In this document: positions 23,039-36,132 of the stretch, in pieces | How the letters are laid out: each line of letters begins with the position of its first letter | Numbering within the stretch: the first letter of the stretch is position 1 | Source: Perkinsus olseni | Lineage: Eukaryota | DNA: 40,148 bases | Direction: 5' to 3' | Assembly: GCA_013115125.1 (NCBI GenBank) | Contig: JABANN010000315.1 | Location: 1 to 40,148, forward strand | Position numbers and translations under genes: made by a program | The notes under the pieces: model-generated | Databases searched by the model: none | Told to the model about the DNA's origin: nothing | Seen by the model: the letters and a program-made list of their open reading frames with translations, nothing else

Positions 23039-23483
23039 ATGCCAGCCTCTGCGGTTGACGCCGCTATTGTTCTGTCGGCTCTCCAACGTCTAGTTGAGCA
23101 CTGTGGATGGAACGATAAGACTAGAAACATTGTCGGAGAGGAAGCATGGACGATTTTGCAAGTGGAGCGAAGCAATAACAGAAGACTAGTGAAGAAGGTG
23201 CAGTCGTTAGCACAGGGTGCTTGTATTTATCGTTGAAGGCCCCGATGGTTAAGGACGACGGAGCTAAACTAAGAAGGGAACTGCGAGGTGCTGCTACGGC
23301 CGAAGAATTGACTAGGTTGATCGAGAAGGCTGCCAAGGCTGGATATAAGTGAGGAAATTTCAGAGTCAGTATTCCTCAATTCAGCGCCTCGCTCCGTCGA
23401 GTGATCACCAAGAAGAGAATGCTGCTTCTTTCCGCAGGCATGAAGCAGAGATGGGCATGCGTAAATTGCTGAAATTGAAATGA
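23039..23483 (+). CDS. Small helical hypothetical protein (upstream exons possible)
   Basis: Three exons join in frame: ...ILQVERSNNRRLVKK|APMVKDDGAKLRRELRGAATAEELTRLIEKAAKAGYK|HEAEMGMRKLLKLK*. Confidence 0.55.
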
Positions 23484-23558
23484 GGGATTCTAGAGTTTTT
23501 CTGCGGCATGCTGGTATCTTAGCGTTTCAACATCCGACATTATTCCCGAGTTGCTTTG

Positions 23559-24650
23559 AATGCTGAGGGGGTGCCTGGGGATTGTTCCAGCAGTCGATTA
23601 CGCAAGTACGCACGAACCGCGCGTAATCGCTGTGTATTGGATCATCGGAATGCCAAAGTTTACGCGAAGCGTGCGGGTAAGCGCGCGGTTGACTTGAATA
23701 GGCCGAACAACGCCAATCTCCATGATATAGTTCAGAGCCGACTCGGGGCGTCACGGCCGCCATTTGGGCGTTTGCCGTCAGTACCCTACCGTCATTTGAC
23801 AATGTCACGGCGCCCCCAGCAAGGGGCCACGAGTCACGCGTTGATGCTGCCGCCTGTCGGGTATAAATTCATACCCAAGAGTGATAAAGTCTGCGGTGCC
23901 CCAGGGTGCTTCGAATGTTATGACATCTACTGCCAGCGTTGTGAAAGTAATGGGAGGTTTCGGAGGAGTTCACGTGTGCTTATCACGTTATCGGTCTCAA
24001 TTCGCTAAATCGTCAGGGATCCCTTTGCCCTGTTCCGAACTTCGTCGAGCATGTTATATCGTGGAGACAGAGTATTCGCTTCACCGGCTAACTCGTTCTT
24101 CATTATAAAAATTGTATCCTTTGCGCGTCGAAATGACCTCTCATGAGAATAGCAGTGAGCTTAGACCCTGACTGAGTTGTATTCGACCGATCTACGGGTT
24201 GTCAGGTAAGGACCGGCGTATAATGGAGCTGGAGATGCGTAATAATGACCTGTGCAAGAACCTCACTCTCTTACAGGGGCAGCTGTTTGCCAAGATTCAA
24301 CAGCACCAACAAAGCGGGAGTAGTAGGAAGGGAGAGACACTGTCACAGTTGCACACATCCATGCGCTCTTCAATGCTGCGCAATACCCCTTCAACTGAGT
24401 GTCGATTGTATATTGCCTTCGGGTGCTGCTGGTGCGTCTGATAGAAGTAGTGTGTATTGCGTCACACTACTTGCTGTTGTCCTCTCCGTTTACGGTTACG
24501 CCAGGCCATAAACTTATCGGTTGCCAGCACGCCTTAGTTTCTGAGCTATTGCAGCTTTTCCTACAGGTGCTCCTGTGGGAGGGGAGACCGTACAGTCAGC
24601 ACAGCCTACATTCCGTCCGGGTGGACCTCCGTCCGCTAACATGAAAGTGA
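23559..24650 (+). CDS. Hypothetical protein with Cys-rich segment and coiled coil (approximate)
   Basis: Exons KVCGAPGCFECYDIYCQRCES (CxxC pairs) and KDRRIMELEMRNNDLCKNLTLLQGQLFAKIQQHQQ. Confidence 0.4.
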
Positions 24651-24880
24651 GTGCATAATGTTCCGGTTGTCTGAGACTGAAGTGCTTCAGGATGCTTTTG
24701 CCTATGTTCAATCGCCTGTGCTACATGATCCGGTGTCTAATAGGAATTATGTTGCGACAACAACTTACACGTCGCCTCCTTAATAGACATGTTCTCAAGA
24801 TGGTGTACATTCAAACCCAATTCTTGAGTTCAGTTGCTAAATCGGGAAAATCTTCTCAGCAATTTTCCGCCCTTCCTCGC

Positions 24881-27800
24881 ATGCATTCATCATCTCCACG
24901 GGGGAGAACGCGGCAGTCATCAGCGAGCTCCACGTCATCGTGGTCAAGAATCGGCTCATCTTTTCGCCTGCTCTTTGCGGTTGTCCTAACGGCATGGTGG
25001 ATATGGATCATATGCCAGCTCCTCTTCTCAAGGGACGTGGTAAGGAGTGTCCAAAAATCACAAGACGAGGAACGATAACCGAATTTTTTGCTTCGTTTCT
25101 CAGTTTGTCGAGTTCACCACTTCACGTGTTGCCTTTTGCGCTCAGATACGGCAACTACTGGAGCGAACCTCGCTCGCTATTACTGAGAGTCGGCATTTGG
25201 CATCGGAGACGTGGTTGCTGATGAAGGAATACGCCAGAGTTGGACGACTGTGGCTGTATTACAAGGAACTCTACCGACTGTTGACATCGAAATCGGGTGT
25301 CATTCATGTGGTCTTGTTGTGCGCGCCCCGCCTTGGACTTCTCTCTAGGGCTTGGGAGTGACCGTTGGCATACTGAGTGGAAGATTTATCGTTGACGAGC
25401 TCCTCGAATTCTACTCGGTTGTGATGTACTTGATACTAATCATGTGTATGAGGGCTCGACCTGCTGAGGTTCGTACATAGCATACGAGTTAGTCGTATCT
25501 CAGGTTGAAGTTGGATCTCCACGGTGTGGGTATACTTGGATATCTTCAGGTTCGTGGTGGCACCATTCTTCATGGACTTATGGAGTCTCGTAACGGAAGT
25601 CACTTGGCCGTTTTTGAAGAGAACTATCTTTCCAATCTTCAAGAAGTAGGCTATGGATAAAAAAGCCTATGTACATTGTAGCTACTACAGCGTAGTATAA
25701 GTTCTGATTGACATATCGATTAGAATTCTTATTTATATACCGTTCGAGTACACCCAGTACTTATTTCTTATTTCTTTATGGAGGATTTATTCATTCACAA
25801 GTTCTTCCATCGTCCTAAAGGCCCGTTTCGACTAGGTTTGACCTCAGATACGTTGTTCCAGTGGCTCGAGACTACGTCTGGCCATTCCTCGTCGGAACAG
25901 TCTGGCCACTCGTGGAAAAACTGCCTCTGGATCTCCGCGTGGCGTTGTTGTGGGTAATATGCTAGGAGCCAGGATTGAACCGGCGACGTCTCGCATGAAC
26001 GCCAATCTCAGATCTTTGGAGTTCTGATGTTGAGGAAATTTTATCCAAAGGCTAAGCATCTCACGATTTTGCCAATTGCTTGGTTCATATGGCGGGGATA
26101 CTATTATCTGGTAAGTGGTGTCGTACCGGGGATCTTCCGGTTGAAAAGCGAAGAGCTTGATCAGTTGCCCGAAAAGTACGTGAGAGTTCCGCTCATTGTC
26201 TGTGGGACAGTACTTCCACTGTTGGCGAGCTTGAGAATGTAGTGTGAAATTCTGCATCCGGCTGAGCCCACATTCTCTTTGGCAGGTACTTCACCACCAG
26301 TAGTGACTCTTCGAGAGTGTCACAGGATCAGCGGGCTTCATTGAGATCTTACCTTTGCTACTGGGCCCTCTTCCCCTTCATGCTAGCAGCCGATTACACT
26401 TTCGTGACTTTTCTGACAACTCTAGCCGATCACGACGCAGCGACGAGGGTCAATTATGGCTACAATGCTGGTTGCTTGGTAGGGTCTCGCCTTGTCGGAC
26501 TGGGAATGCTTTCGCGCGCCACGAAATTGATTGCTCAGGTGTTGTTGATATGGCTGGTTGGTTATGGCGGTATAGTAGCGGCTTTTGAATTCGCTAGACG
26601 GGTGCTGTGGACGTTGATGGGTCAACAAATGTGGGTATTGTGCTCTGCTGGGAGCAAATATCTGAAGGAAAAAGTTGATGAGCATGGTAATAAATGATGG
26701 GGCACCGTTGTTTGCGTAGATCGAATTGCGATGCGACTTGGGAGATGGTGGACGTGTATGCTTCGAGGTTGAGTTTGAGACAGGAGTGAGTTATCTGGAA
26801 ATGAGTTTTTTTACCATCAGATGCGCAACTGACCGATTGTAGTTACCCCCAGACGGTGGTTCTGCTTGGGGTTGACATGAGCTTCTCCTGATTAGTAGGT
26901 GCACTATGGAAGATCGGCTTGTACTGGTCGAAGTTCCAGCGTATCATCACTGCCAACTCTCGCACGGTCGGCTTTGTTTACAAGATTGGAGTCATTGCTT
27001 TGGCCGTGGTGCTCCTGCTGTACTATGCTTACTCGGTATTCAGGTCTGGGGTGTGTTCTCGATTGCGTGGTGCGTGAGAAATCCGTTTACTCGCATCGTT
27101 CCCTTTGGCGTCCTGTGGATTCCGTCGGCAAATGATACCAGATGTGGGTAGTTATCCCGGCACCGGTCGCTGATCAGGTGTTGATGCGGCTCTTTGCGTT
27201 CGCTGTATGGCCGTGGTACATGGTTGAGACTGGCAAAACAGTATCGCGAAAGGCTTACTGGGATTATCGGTAGGTTACGCCGGTGGCTGCGGAAATACAT
27301 GGTGCAGAAGCTTCGGTCCCCCATCGAGTTTCACGCGGTACTTTTCACGCACGGAAAAGCCACAATCTTTATTTCCGGGGTGTTTTCTCGTCGTTCAGCG
27401 GAAGGAGTTGTCAGATGGAGTAGATGGGGTTCGAATCTTGGTCCCCTCAGGCCCTGCCTGGCGTTCTCCTTGCTATTCCTCTCGACTGAGCTGCTGGTCG
27501 CCCCGCGGCTGATCTTCCCCTTTTCAGCATTGTTCAACATGGCGCACATGCCCATTGTAAGTAGTATCCTCGGGTTCATCACGCAAGATGCAAAATAAGT
27601 TGAGGTTGCGTCCTGTTTAGCAACGAACCGCAAGAGCGCTTCACCTCGAGGTGCTGATTTTCCTGATTCTTCTCAGGTTTTCGGCTTGAAGTATTTCGGA
27701 GAATTCATACTCGACTCCTGTGGAAAATTCTACGTTTTGATGTCTGCGAAGTTGGTTCCGAGCGCCGTTGAGAAACGGCAAGGGAGCAAGGTTTCTAAGC

Positions 27801-28199
27801 CAAAGAAACGTTTCGGAGGTGTTGAGAGCGCTCAGACCACGAGCGGTCTGCAGGAGAGAATCAAGACGATGAACCCGGAGAATACGGAGGAGGTTGAGCT
27901 GCAGCAAAAGGAAGGGACTGCGTCGCCAGCGGATCCGGGTGCAGAGAGTTCAGCTGCGGTGGTTGAGGGTGATGGAATGTCTGATGAGAAAATGCAAGAG
28001 CGCGAGAATTCGGGCGGGAGTACTGCAGGGAGAAATAGTGCTGATGAGGTCACCAATATTGTCAAGCGAGGTAGGCTGCTGTTCGCGTTGAGGAATTCAA
28101 GGATGCGAGTTTCCCTCAGGCCCACGGAGATCGTCTCGGTTGTCCTCTGTGAGGCAACGAGCATCGGCAAGTGGTTCAAGATCTCCGTCTCTCGACTAA
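24881..28199 (+). CDS. Multi-pass membrane protein with TB2/DP1/HVA22 (REEP)-like segment and charged C-terminal tail
   Basis: Hydrophobic exons (FRLLFAVVLTAWWIWIICQLLF; FVVAPFFMDLWSLVTEVTWPFLK; ILPIAWFIWRGYYYL). VCGTVLPLLASLR...LRSYLCYWALFPFMLAADY resembles the HVA22 G-x-x-Y-P-x-x-x-S...W-L-x-Y-W pattern. Last exon GPRRSSRLSS...SPSLD*. Confidence 0.55.
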
Positions 28200-29224
28200 C
28201 GATTCTATCGGACTTAGCGCCGGATTTTTTCATGTAATTTTCGTATCATTTTCTTCTACGGATGCACTGATGTATGTTTAGTGTGTCAATAGCGGCCTGA
28301 GAGCGGGTCGGTATCCTCTAAGGGGTCGTGATGGAGTCGAGGGTTGAGGTACCCGTTTGAAAGGTCATTGTGCGCTAGCGGGACGATTTTTTTCTGAGTC
28401 GTCTTTGTTACTGGGTGGTCCGACGGTTTCTTTGTCTGGATTACTTCTGGCCGGATGGTGGGTCACCTAACATATTATCGGATCTGGGAAGTCTCGCTGA
28501 GAAAGCACGTGAGTTTGGTGGCGGTGCAAATTTGTAATAAACTGGAGGAATTGCTTTAGGAAGTTCACGTGTGTTGTGAGCTAGGTACGCGAGACGCGAT
28601 GAGAACCTTCTTGCACGGAAAATGCCAGAAACACCAAGCATGGAACAGGGGCGGAGAGGTACAGCAATACGCTCCTCAAAGCGAGCTCACCCGAGAAGCT
28701 CTGCTGCAATCGAAAAATTACCCGGGGGGATTTCGGAGTGATCGTATTTGGGTTTGGGGATATCTCGGATCCTAGTCGCGGCACTTTAGCGTGCACTGTC
28801 GACTGCATCTATCTTGGTGCTCGCCTGTAACGCTCGAGGCTATCATGGCAAGCTTATTAGTCGAATTTTGAGAGGATTACCTTCCGGTCACATCATCTGG
28901 ACCGCTACATACTGAGCGCGCGTCGCTCGCCCCAGACTAGATCTCCGATGCGCGAGATTTGCAATTACAAATCTTGCGCTCGCTGGGAAGTGCTCCAGGT
29001 TTGAATAGGATGCGTGTGAAGATCTTGAAGAGTATCGACAGCGGTTGTCGTCCGTCGTTGGCTGTCCAAGTTATCCCCAAGAGTAGCTCGGAGTGTCTGA
29101 GATGAAGCGCACGAAATAGCGAATGCTGCTAGCGCTCTCTTCCTTCGAACAGTAGACACAGTAGTCGAGTAGTCGAAGCTCTGCGGCGAGAGTCTTCTTC
29201 AAATGGCTGAGTCGTTGCACTCTA

Positions 29225-29644
29225 GTGTGTCTACTAGACTTGGGTGGACCAACCAGGGCAACCGTAGAGGAGCCGTTTCAGGGAGTCTCGGATATATATG
29301 CTCAGCCTGAAAGTTCCTTGCGAATCCAGCATATCCTGTTCTGTAATTATGGCTCTCGTTCACTCTGTTCTGCTGCTGGTCAAACCTCGGCGCCAGCTAT
29401 GCAGGCTTTTTTCAAGACCAAGGCATCTAAGGTGACTCGCGTGCGCCGTGTGAAGGTACTCATACCGCATGCTGGTCAGAATGAACCTTCAGTGACAGAT
29501 AGGCTTGACCGACTGGAAGGTCAAATGACTACGGTTATCAGCCAAATATCTAAGCTGTTCGATAGAACGTCCAGGCTCGCTTATGCAGGCAAGAAGGTAC
29601 TTCTGCGGTGCCAAATTAGAGCTACCATTTTGTTTCGCAGGTGA
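29225..29644 (+). CDS. Hypothetical gene fragment with short coiled coil
   Basis: ORF segment SVTDRLDRLEGQMTTVISQISKLFDRTSRLAYAGKK followed by a GTACTT donor. Confidence 0.3.
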   Translation: MCLLDLGGPTRATVEEPFQGVSDIYAQPESSLRIQHILFCNYGSRSLCSAAGQTSAPAMQAFFKTKASKVTRVRRVKVLIPHAGQNEPSVTDRLDRLEGQMTTVISQISKLFDRTSRLAYAGKKVLLRCQIRATILFRR

Positions 29645-29833
29645 ATGCTCTCGGTCCGCAGTGCGAAGCTGAATATCTAGACAGTAGGATGATCCTGTCC
29701 CGGGCGGCGGATCACTACTTCGCGACTTGGGAAGAACCTGAAACACCAAAAAGCTTCTCCCTCTGGTGATAGCTGCTCCTGCTAGACTATAGTTGGTCGA
29801 ACGTCATTTTTAAGGATTTACGGTAATTAAACG

Positions 29834-30127
29834 ATGTCATTCAAGTTCGTAGACGGGGGCCGTATCGAAAAGGTCGCAGGACCTTTGGAAATGATTCGGG
29901 ACGAATTTGCTCGTGTTAATCCCTTCACTTATTCGATGGATGAACTCAAGGCAGCGTTTGAGGGGGGTATGGATGGCACCAAGTGCTTCGCTTTGATTGA
30001 TTACATTGAAAGACACCCGACTAGGGACTACAGGGATAGCGCCGATTGGGTCAGGAAATTCGTTCATGACAAGATGAATGCAGCGATGAAACTAGCTGAG
30101 GATCATAGGGAGAAAAGTGGGCTATGA
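29834..30127 (+). CDS. Intronless 97-aa hypothetical protein, paralogue of 37148..37477
   Basis: Clean ATG..TGA ORF with AT-rich leader. Shares GPLE...NPF and P..(D/E)YR....W(V/I).KF..DK.....KLA.(D/E)H with the 37148 ORF. Confidence 0.75.
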   Translation: MSFKFVDGGRIEKVAGPLEMIRDEFARVNPFTYSMDELKAAFEGGMDGTKCFALIDYIERHPTRDYRDSADWVRKFVHDKMNAAMKLAEDHREKSGL

Positions 30128-31140
30128 GATGCCATGCTGATTGTGATGTCGATGTTCGTACAGAGTACGGTTGTGAACAGTGAATTCAATGGTATGTCGG
30201 ATGCGGGTCCAGCACTGCGTCCACTGTCCGATGTAGCTGTGTGGTAACCACACTGGGTGATGTCTGACTACCGGCACCCAACTGTTGAGTGGAATAGGTT
30301 CTAATCCGACCGAAGCAGGCGGGGTAGCCTCAACGAAGCTCCTCGGTTCGTCTAGTTGCTTCAGCTCTGGGCGATGCGGCGGATTTGACTGCCTATATGA
30401 TACAGGCTGTATCGTGTGAGGTTGGCGAAGCGCTCAGATCCGACTTACCAGCCTCAAATCCGGACCGGAACTCGTTTTCAGTGTGCACTAGGCGTGCGCG
30501 TGCTGGTGGCATACCACTACATATGAGACCCATAACTCTGGCGGCATCGATTCGCTTGGGCGTTCCGCGTATCACTCATTTTTTTCTCAGTGTGGTAAGA
30601 TGAGGTAAAATAATTGTGATTTTCTTCACGAAAAAACCGGGTTGGGATAGCGGCAGTTAACGCGCTCTCGATGGCACCGTGTGTTGGGCGTTGCCTCCAT
30701 GTTGTTCGATAGGGCGTGCATTGTCTTAATGTCGCTTCCGTCTGCATCGAGGACGCGCCGTACTCCTCGGCCAAAGGTCGCCATGGCCGCACCAATATCT
30801 ATCCCAGAAGGTACTAGTGAGTCGACTTGTTGTTTGTTGTAAGTGACTGAGGTCCGTAGTATCGAGTATCAGCGATAACAGGATGACACACCTCATCAGG
30901 GCGGAGAGATTCACTCCTTTTCACACCACCATTTGGCGGATGGTAGTTGTGGATTACGGAATGGCTGGTCGTTCGGAGCGACTCGCTCCTTTCTAGGGCT
31001 CAAAAATACCCCTAAAGGTTGTGATCTGTTTTTGCACCCAGTCCGAATTCTCGATTATCATTGCTGGTCTACTCAGCCCCTCGAGAGACCCGGCGTGTCT
31101 TTCAGATAATCCGCTGGCCTATCGAGAGCAGAGTTTCGCT

Positions 31141-34100
31141 ATGGGAGAGAAGATTGACTTCACTCGGGACTCGGTTTACACAATATCAGCTACCGCACAG
31201 AATGACGAGAACAACAACAGCCAGTTGTTGAATGTAGGAGAGTGGTTTGGGCGCAGCGCACTGTGGTTCTCAGGCTGCAGTTCGACGCGACACGATGGAG
31301 GGGAGATATGTAGGTTTCTCGCCCTTTCTCAATTTCTTGGCGCACCGGATAGACGTACGGTGCTGGTCGTCGTTGCGAAATCTCCGCTGTGCAACGATGA
31401 CTGGATCAACAAGACACTGCTAGAAAAGACTTTTTCGCCCTGCGACTCAGTCCATAACGACTCAAGGGCCGAGGTTCTCTGATGTCGACGTGAGTCCGAA
31501 AGAGCGAATCCGCGTCGGCGGGTTGGGAGGCTTGGAGACTATTGAAGAAGGGCAGGAGGATTCCCGGGGCTCAGCTCACGAGATGGTGGGTATCTTTGGC
31601 CGAAGCTGGGGTCATCCATCGCTCAGAGTGGCAACTCGGGCGCTCCAGTGGAGCCTTGGCGGTCGTCGATTGCGGAATCGGAGGATCTGGCGGGAGGCAT
31701 TGACGGAATTGAGTGTGGCAGTCGATGCAGTGTAGGAGGTTCGGAAAAGGTGGAGTATGCACGAATACACATGGTATCAGATCATGAGTCTCCCTGGTCA
31801 GCTGCCAATAGCACCTCCGACGAGCAATGGCGCCGGCCCCTTGGGGAACCGGATCGATCGTGGTAGGTTCGATGTGCTTGGCAAATCCGAATCGCACTGC
31901 GATCATCGCAGAAAATTAATGGGGTAGCATCGTTTGTGAAGATACGGTGATACGGTATATTCTTCTCATTTGAAGATTCTCATGTGAATGTTTGTCTCAC
32001 AGAGTCACTTGCGAGTATCATAGCTAATCGACCGAGCCGGTTTACCGCGGAGGATGATGGACTCGAAGCGAAAAGAAGGAAGATGTGGGGCCGGCCGGAG
32101 CTAAGAATTCGCGCAATGGCATTGCGGCAATGCTGGGAACCGCCGACGTCTTTCTGAGCGTGTTTTTCTCCCCCTTGAGTGATTGTGATAAGTTCTCTCT
32201 CCCCCGCCGCTGCATCAGAAATTCTCGTTTGGGAAGAGCGAACCGAGGCACATCTTTATTATGAACAGTTACGTTTAGGAATTCTGACATATCCACCGTT
32301 CATCACCAGGATCGATATATTCGAAATACATCAGTATTCATGTGAAATCTGTGAATGACTGGGAGTAGTAGCGACAACATATTGAGCAAAAGCAATCGTC
32401 TGTAATTTTCTCTGTGAGATTCGGAATATTGCGTCTCAGGTCGCAGGCCTCTAGCTGTGTTGATGCCGAGGTCGATGAAGATTTCCGACCTTCCTTGACG
32501 TTAGCGAGAGCAATGGAAGCATATCACAGTTTTGGCCATGTGTATAGAGAAGATACTCTGAGGGAGGTCGAGCAGAGCGAAGTGAGTATTTTTGGTCAGT
32601 CTTTTGGCTCGAAATTCTTGATGGAATCGGTGCGAAGTAAACCTGGAATAGAGTAAATGCAGGTTGATAACGAGCAGCCGGAAGAATCTGGGGCCTCACA
32701 GGAAAAAACGGAAGAAGTCAAACATGAAGATATACAGGGCGGAGCGACGCAAGCATCTCAGACCGTGGAACCTTCCCCACCTAAGCCCGAACCTACCCTG
32801 CCGCAGCGTAAGTTCATGGACGGCTTCCGAATTTCCTGCATACAGTCAATGGTTTTTTAGTGCGCTTTTCGTGAAGGGAACACTATCTCCTCATTAATTT
32901 CGTTTTATCCGTGACGATTTTTTGCGTCTTTCAGATGTTCCTTCCCCACCTCCACCGGTCCCATCTGCCAAGGGCTCTCCCCCGATAGCCCTGCCATTAA
33001 CTGCAGGAAAAGGGAAGGTAGAGTCTTCTTGCTGGGGATAGAACCCGAGATTTCTGTAGGCACCGCCGCCCCCACTACTACTAGGGAAAGGCAAGGCACC
33101 TTTTCCTAGCCCACCGGGGAAAAGTGGTAGTTTTATGCGAGTTCCTCGGCCGAGGGTCGAATCGGGGGCCTTCTGGTAGGTAAGTCGCCGCTACCTTTCA
33201 AGGCTCCTGTAAGAATGGGTCCACCCGTCGCACCCCTTCGGCCGCTGTTCTGGACAAGCGTTCCGATGGGTAAGTGTCACGGACGGTATCATATTTCTCC
33301 TGATTTTCGCACAAACTTACGAATTTACACGAAATTTCAAAGAAAAATGTTCAAATTTTCTGTATCATTCATTTTCCTCCATCCTCTGGATTATTCGTAG
33401 CGATTTTTATTCTGCCTTCAGGTCCACGAGAGAGGCTTGAAAACAACTTCTGGAAGAATGTCAAACAGGTATGGTGTTTTTGCTCCCTTTTGATAACTAT
33501 TCCGGAGCGCGTTGAAATGCTCAAGAAGCTTGAGTACCTTCTGTCACGTTTCAGAATTGTAAGCTTATCGATGAAGATACTGTACCATGGTGCGCGGAGT
33601 TCGTGAATGAGGATGAGTTGCAAAATATGTGAGACATATTGCATATTCTGTCGGGCGAGCGCTAACTTAGCGCCGCTAAGTACATTCATCCCACCAACGT
33701 ATGCGTTCAGTTTCGGTCAAAATGCTACGAAAGTACCTGAGAAGTCGGGCGGCAGTCGATCGGGTAACGCACCGGCTCGTCACAGTCGGAAGGTTCTGAA
33801 GCTGTTGGAGGACAAAAAATCGCATGTAGGCCGATCCGCTATTGTCCGTTGTATTCTGTTTAGCATTGTTACCGCGTCGCGATGCTTCAGCTCGTTTAGT
33901 GTTCGAAATCGGAGGTCGGGTGGTTAAATCATAAAATCTACCGTTGTGGTTCTCAATAATCCTTCCTCAATCCTCGTTCCTACACTCGAAAGATCTGGAT
34001 CCCAGTTGTTGCGATTGTTTGGCAGCTCCTCGCGATCGCGTTTCGGCCACTGCCGCAACCGGACGATCTGGTGAAAATAATTGCGTCTGGGAACGTAGCG

Positions 34101-35526
34101 GCACTTACTGGTAAGAATGACTCGTTAAGAGATCTCAAGTGATGCTACACCTATGCCAGGAGCTCAGCTCAGCATGCTCGCCGAAGAAGTACCAGAACAG
34201 GACTTCATCGAGGAGCTGCATGCAATGGAGACCAGGAGCCAGCAAGAAGGGGTGAGCCGGTCGAAATAGCGATAGTTTCCTCAACATCTTGCTCAGTCAC
34301 TAGCTCAATGGGACACGCCGGAGCAGTACCTCGTTGCTCTGTCAACTGCCGAGAATGCGAAGAGCGTGCTTACTGCATGGGCTTTTGGCGCTCACGTTCG
34401 GTGAGTCGAGCTGTCATGCTATTCTGTTCCCATTGTGCAATGGTGTTTCTTGTCGCTGTCAGAGATGGCCTTTTGGGAGATCCGAATAAGCGGCTAGATG
34501 CTCTCAACGCCGCTTGCAATGCGTTGAGAGAATCGAAAGAGCTGGTGGACCTTGGAAGGTGAGTGAGCTTCTGTTCGCCAATATTCGAGCGAAAACCTGG
34601 AGACGATGGCATGGCTCGCTTGATGGATTGTTTCAGAGTGATGCTGTCGATTGGGAACAGAGTAAATGCCAATACAGCGCGAGGCGGAGCGGAGGTCTGA
34701 ACTCGGGCAGGTATTAACTACAATGTTTCCCTTTCTCCAGATCCTCAGTATCGACTCCCTTCTTAAGTTCGACAATGTCCGCAGCCCGTGCGACTCTAGT
34801 ATGACGCTGCTGAGGCACTGTGTGCAGAAATGGAAAAAAAAGAACAGTAGGCAAGCAAAGCGGCGCGCTTAGGAAAATTTTGGGTAGTCGTTCTTCCCTG
34901 CTGGATACTTTCTCGATGGTGATCGCGAGCGAATCATTAAGAGCTGAGCCCAGACCAAAGAGGATATGCTCGCATGACCTGTATCAGGCCGATCTCCGAG
35001 CATGGTATCGATGTTCACCAAGTTGCTCAAGTCAGTCACTCATCCGAGTACCAGGGTACGAGCAGCACGCTCTACCCTGAGCCATGTCGTATCTACCATG
35101 GTTCAAGCTCGGATGCTTAGATTCCGGATATTAAGGAGGTCGATAGCGACGTGAAACGTATAGCCGCACTGTCGAGGGAAGCCAAGTCTCTATTGGAATG
35201 CTTGCGGTGGGTTTGGTGGAAGAAGTCGCCCTCGTGATCGATTATATAGGCAACAACCTAACTACGAATCAGAGGTTATCCCCTTGATAGAGGATGGTAT
35301 CAAGAAGGCCAACGAGCTGCAGGTGAGGGAAAACGTGTTTTATCCTTTCCCAGTCACTGCGGAGTTGATTTAGGAGTACCTGAAGAAGACGTTGGTGAAC
35401 TGGAAGCTGACGCTGCAATACTTTTGCGTGAGGAGTGAGAGCCCGGTGGCGGAAAAATCTGACGAGTTCTTCGATTTGATGAGGAAGTTCATTATCTTGG
35501 TTGGAACCTACGCTGCAATGGATTAA
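31141..35526 (+). CDS. Formin (FH1 polyproline + FH2 domain), multi-exon; 5' end uncertain
   Basis: FH1 PPPPPVPSAKGSPP / APPPPLLLGKGKAP. FH2 start LRPLFWTSVP...NNFWKNV, KVLKLLEDKKSH|QLLAIAF, ACNALRESKEL, VMLSIGNRVNANTARGGAE|ILSIDSLLKFDNVRS...MTLLRHCV, and end TLQYFC...DEFFDLMRKF...MD*. Confidence 0.92.
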
Positions 35527-35805
35527 TAGAATTAATCACTAAAATGATGCTGATGAAGAAAATAAAGCATGCTCAGACATTTGTGTTGTCGTGTTGTTGC
35601 ACTTGGGGTGTGACGCGTGAGCTTCAACCGCCGTCGATGTTCCACTCGCGAGCGATTAGACCGATACCGGAACGTATCAGGCCCATCCTTTGATATATCA
35701 CGGAGAAGGGTACGCAAGGGCGTCCTGGGCTTAATAAGGCACTGCCTCGCGACGAGTCTGCTATGATAGTAGCAGGAGTGTCGTCGTTCATAGTCTAATA
35801 AATAT

Positions 35806-36132
35806 ATGAAGGGGTACTGTGACTCGAGTGATCCGGTGTGCGGAAGCGATGCCGACTATAATCCCCGTCTGTGCTCACGCCGGCGCACATTTTTGGATCA
35901 TTTCAAGATTGAACCGGAGAACTATCCAGTGCATCAACGTGTGGCACGGAACACCAAGTACTACATGCGCGCGGCGATGATAAAGGAAAAAGGGAAGATG
36001 ACGATGTGCTACCCCGTGTATGAAATAACATCTGAACGACTCGTTCGTTCTTATTTGAAAAAGTCCGCTGAGGATGAACTGCACGCTCTACGGGCTAGAA
36101 TGCATGAAGCTGCATGGGAGGAGCCGGACTGA
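35806..36132 (+). CDS. Intronless 108-aa hypothetical protein
   Basis: Clean ATG..TGA ORF preceded by AT-rich TAATAAATAT; protein-like composition. Confidence 0.6.
   Translation: MKGYCDSSDPVCGSDADYNPRLCSRRRTFLDHFKIEPENYPVHQRVARNTKYYMRAAMIKEKGKMTMCYPVYEITSERLVRSYLKKSAEDELHALRARMHEAAWEEPD

Noticed and set aside
32940-33125. GKGK motifs interleaved with polyproline in the formin
   Set aside because: Ordinary low-complexity FH1 composition; not evidence of a separate system.
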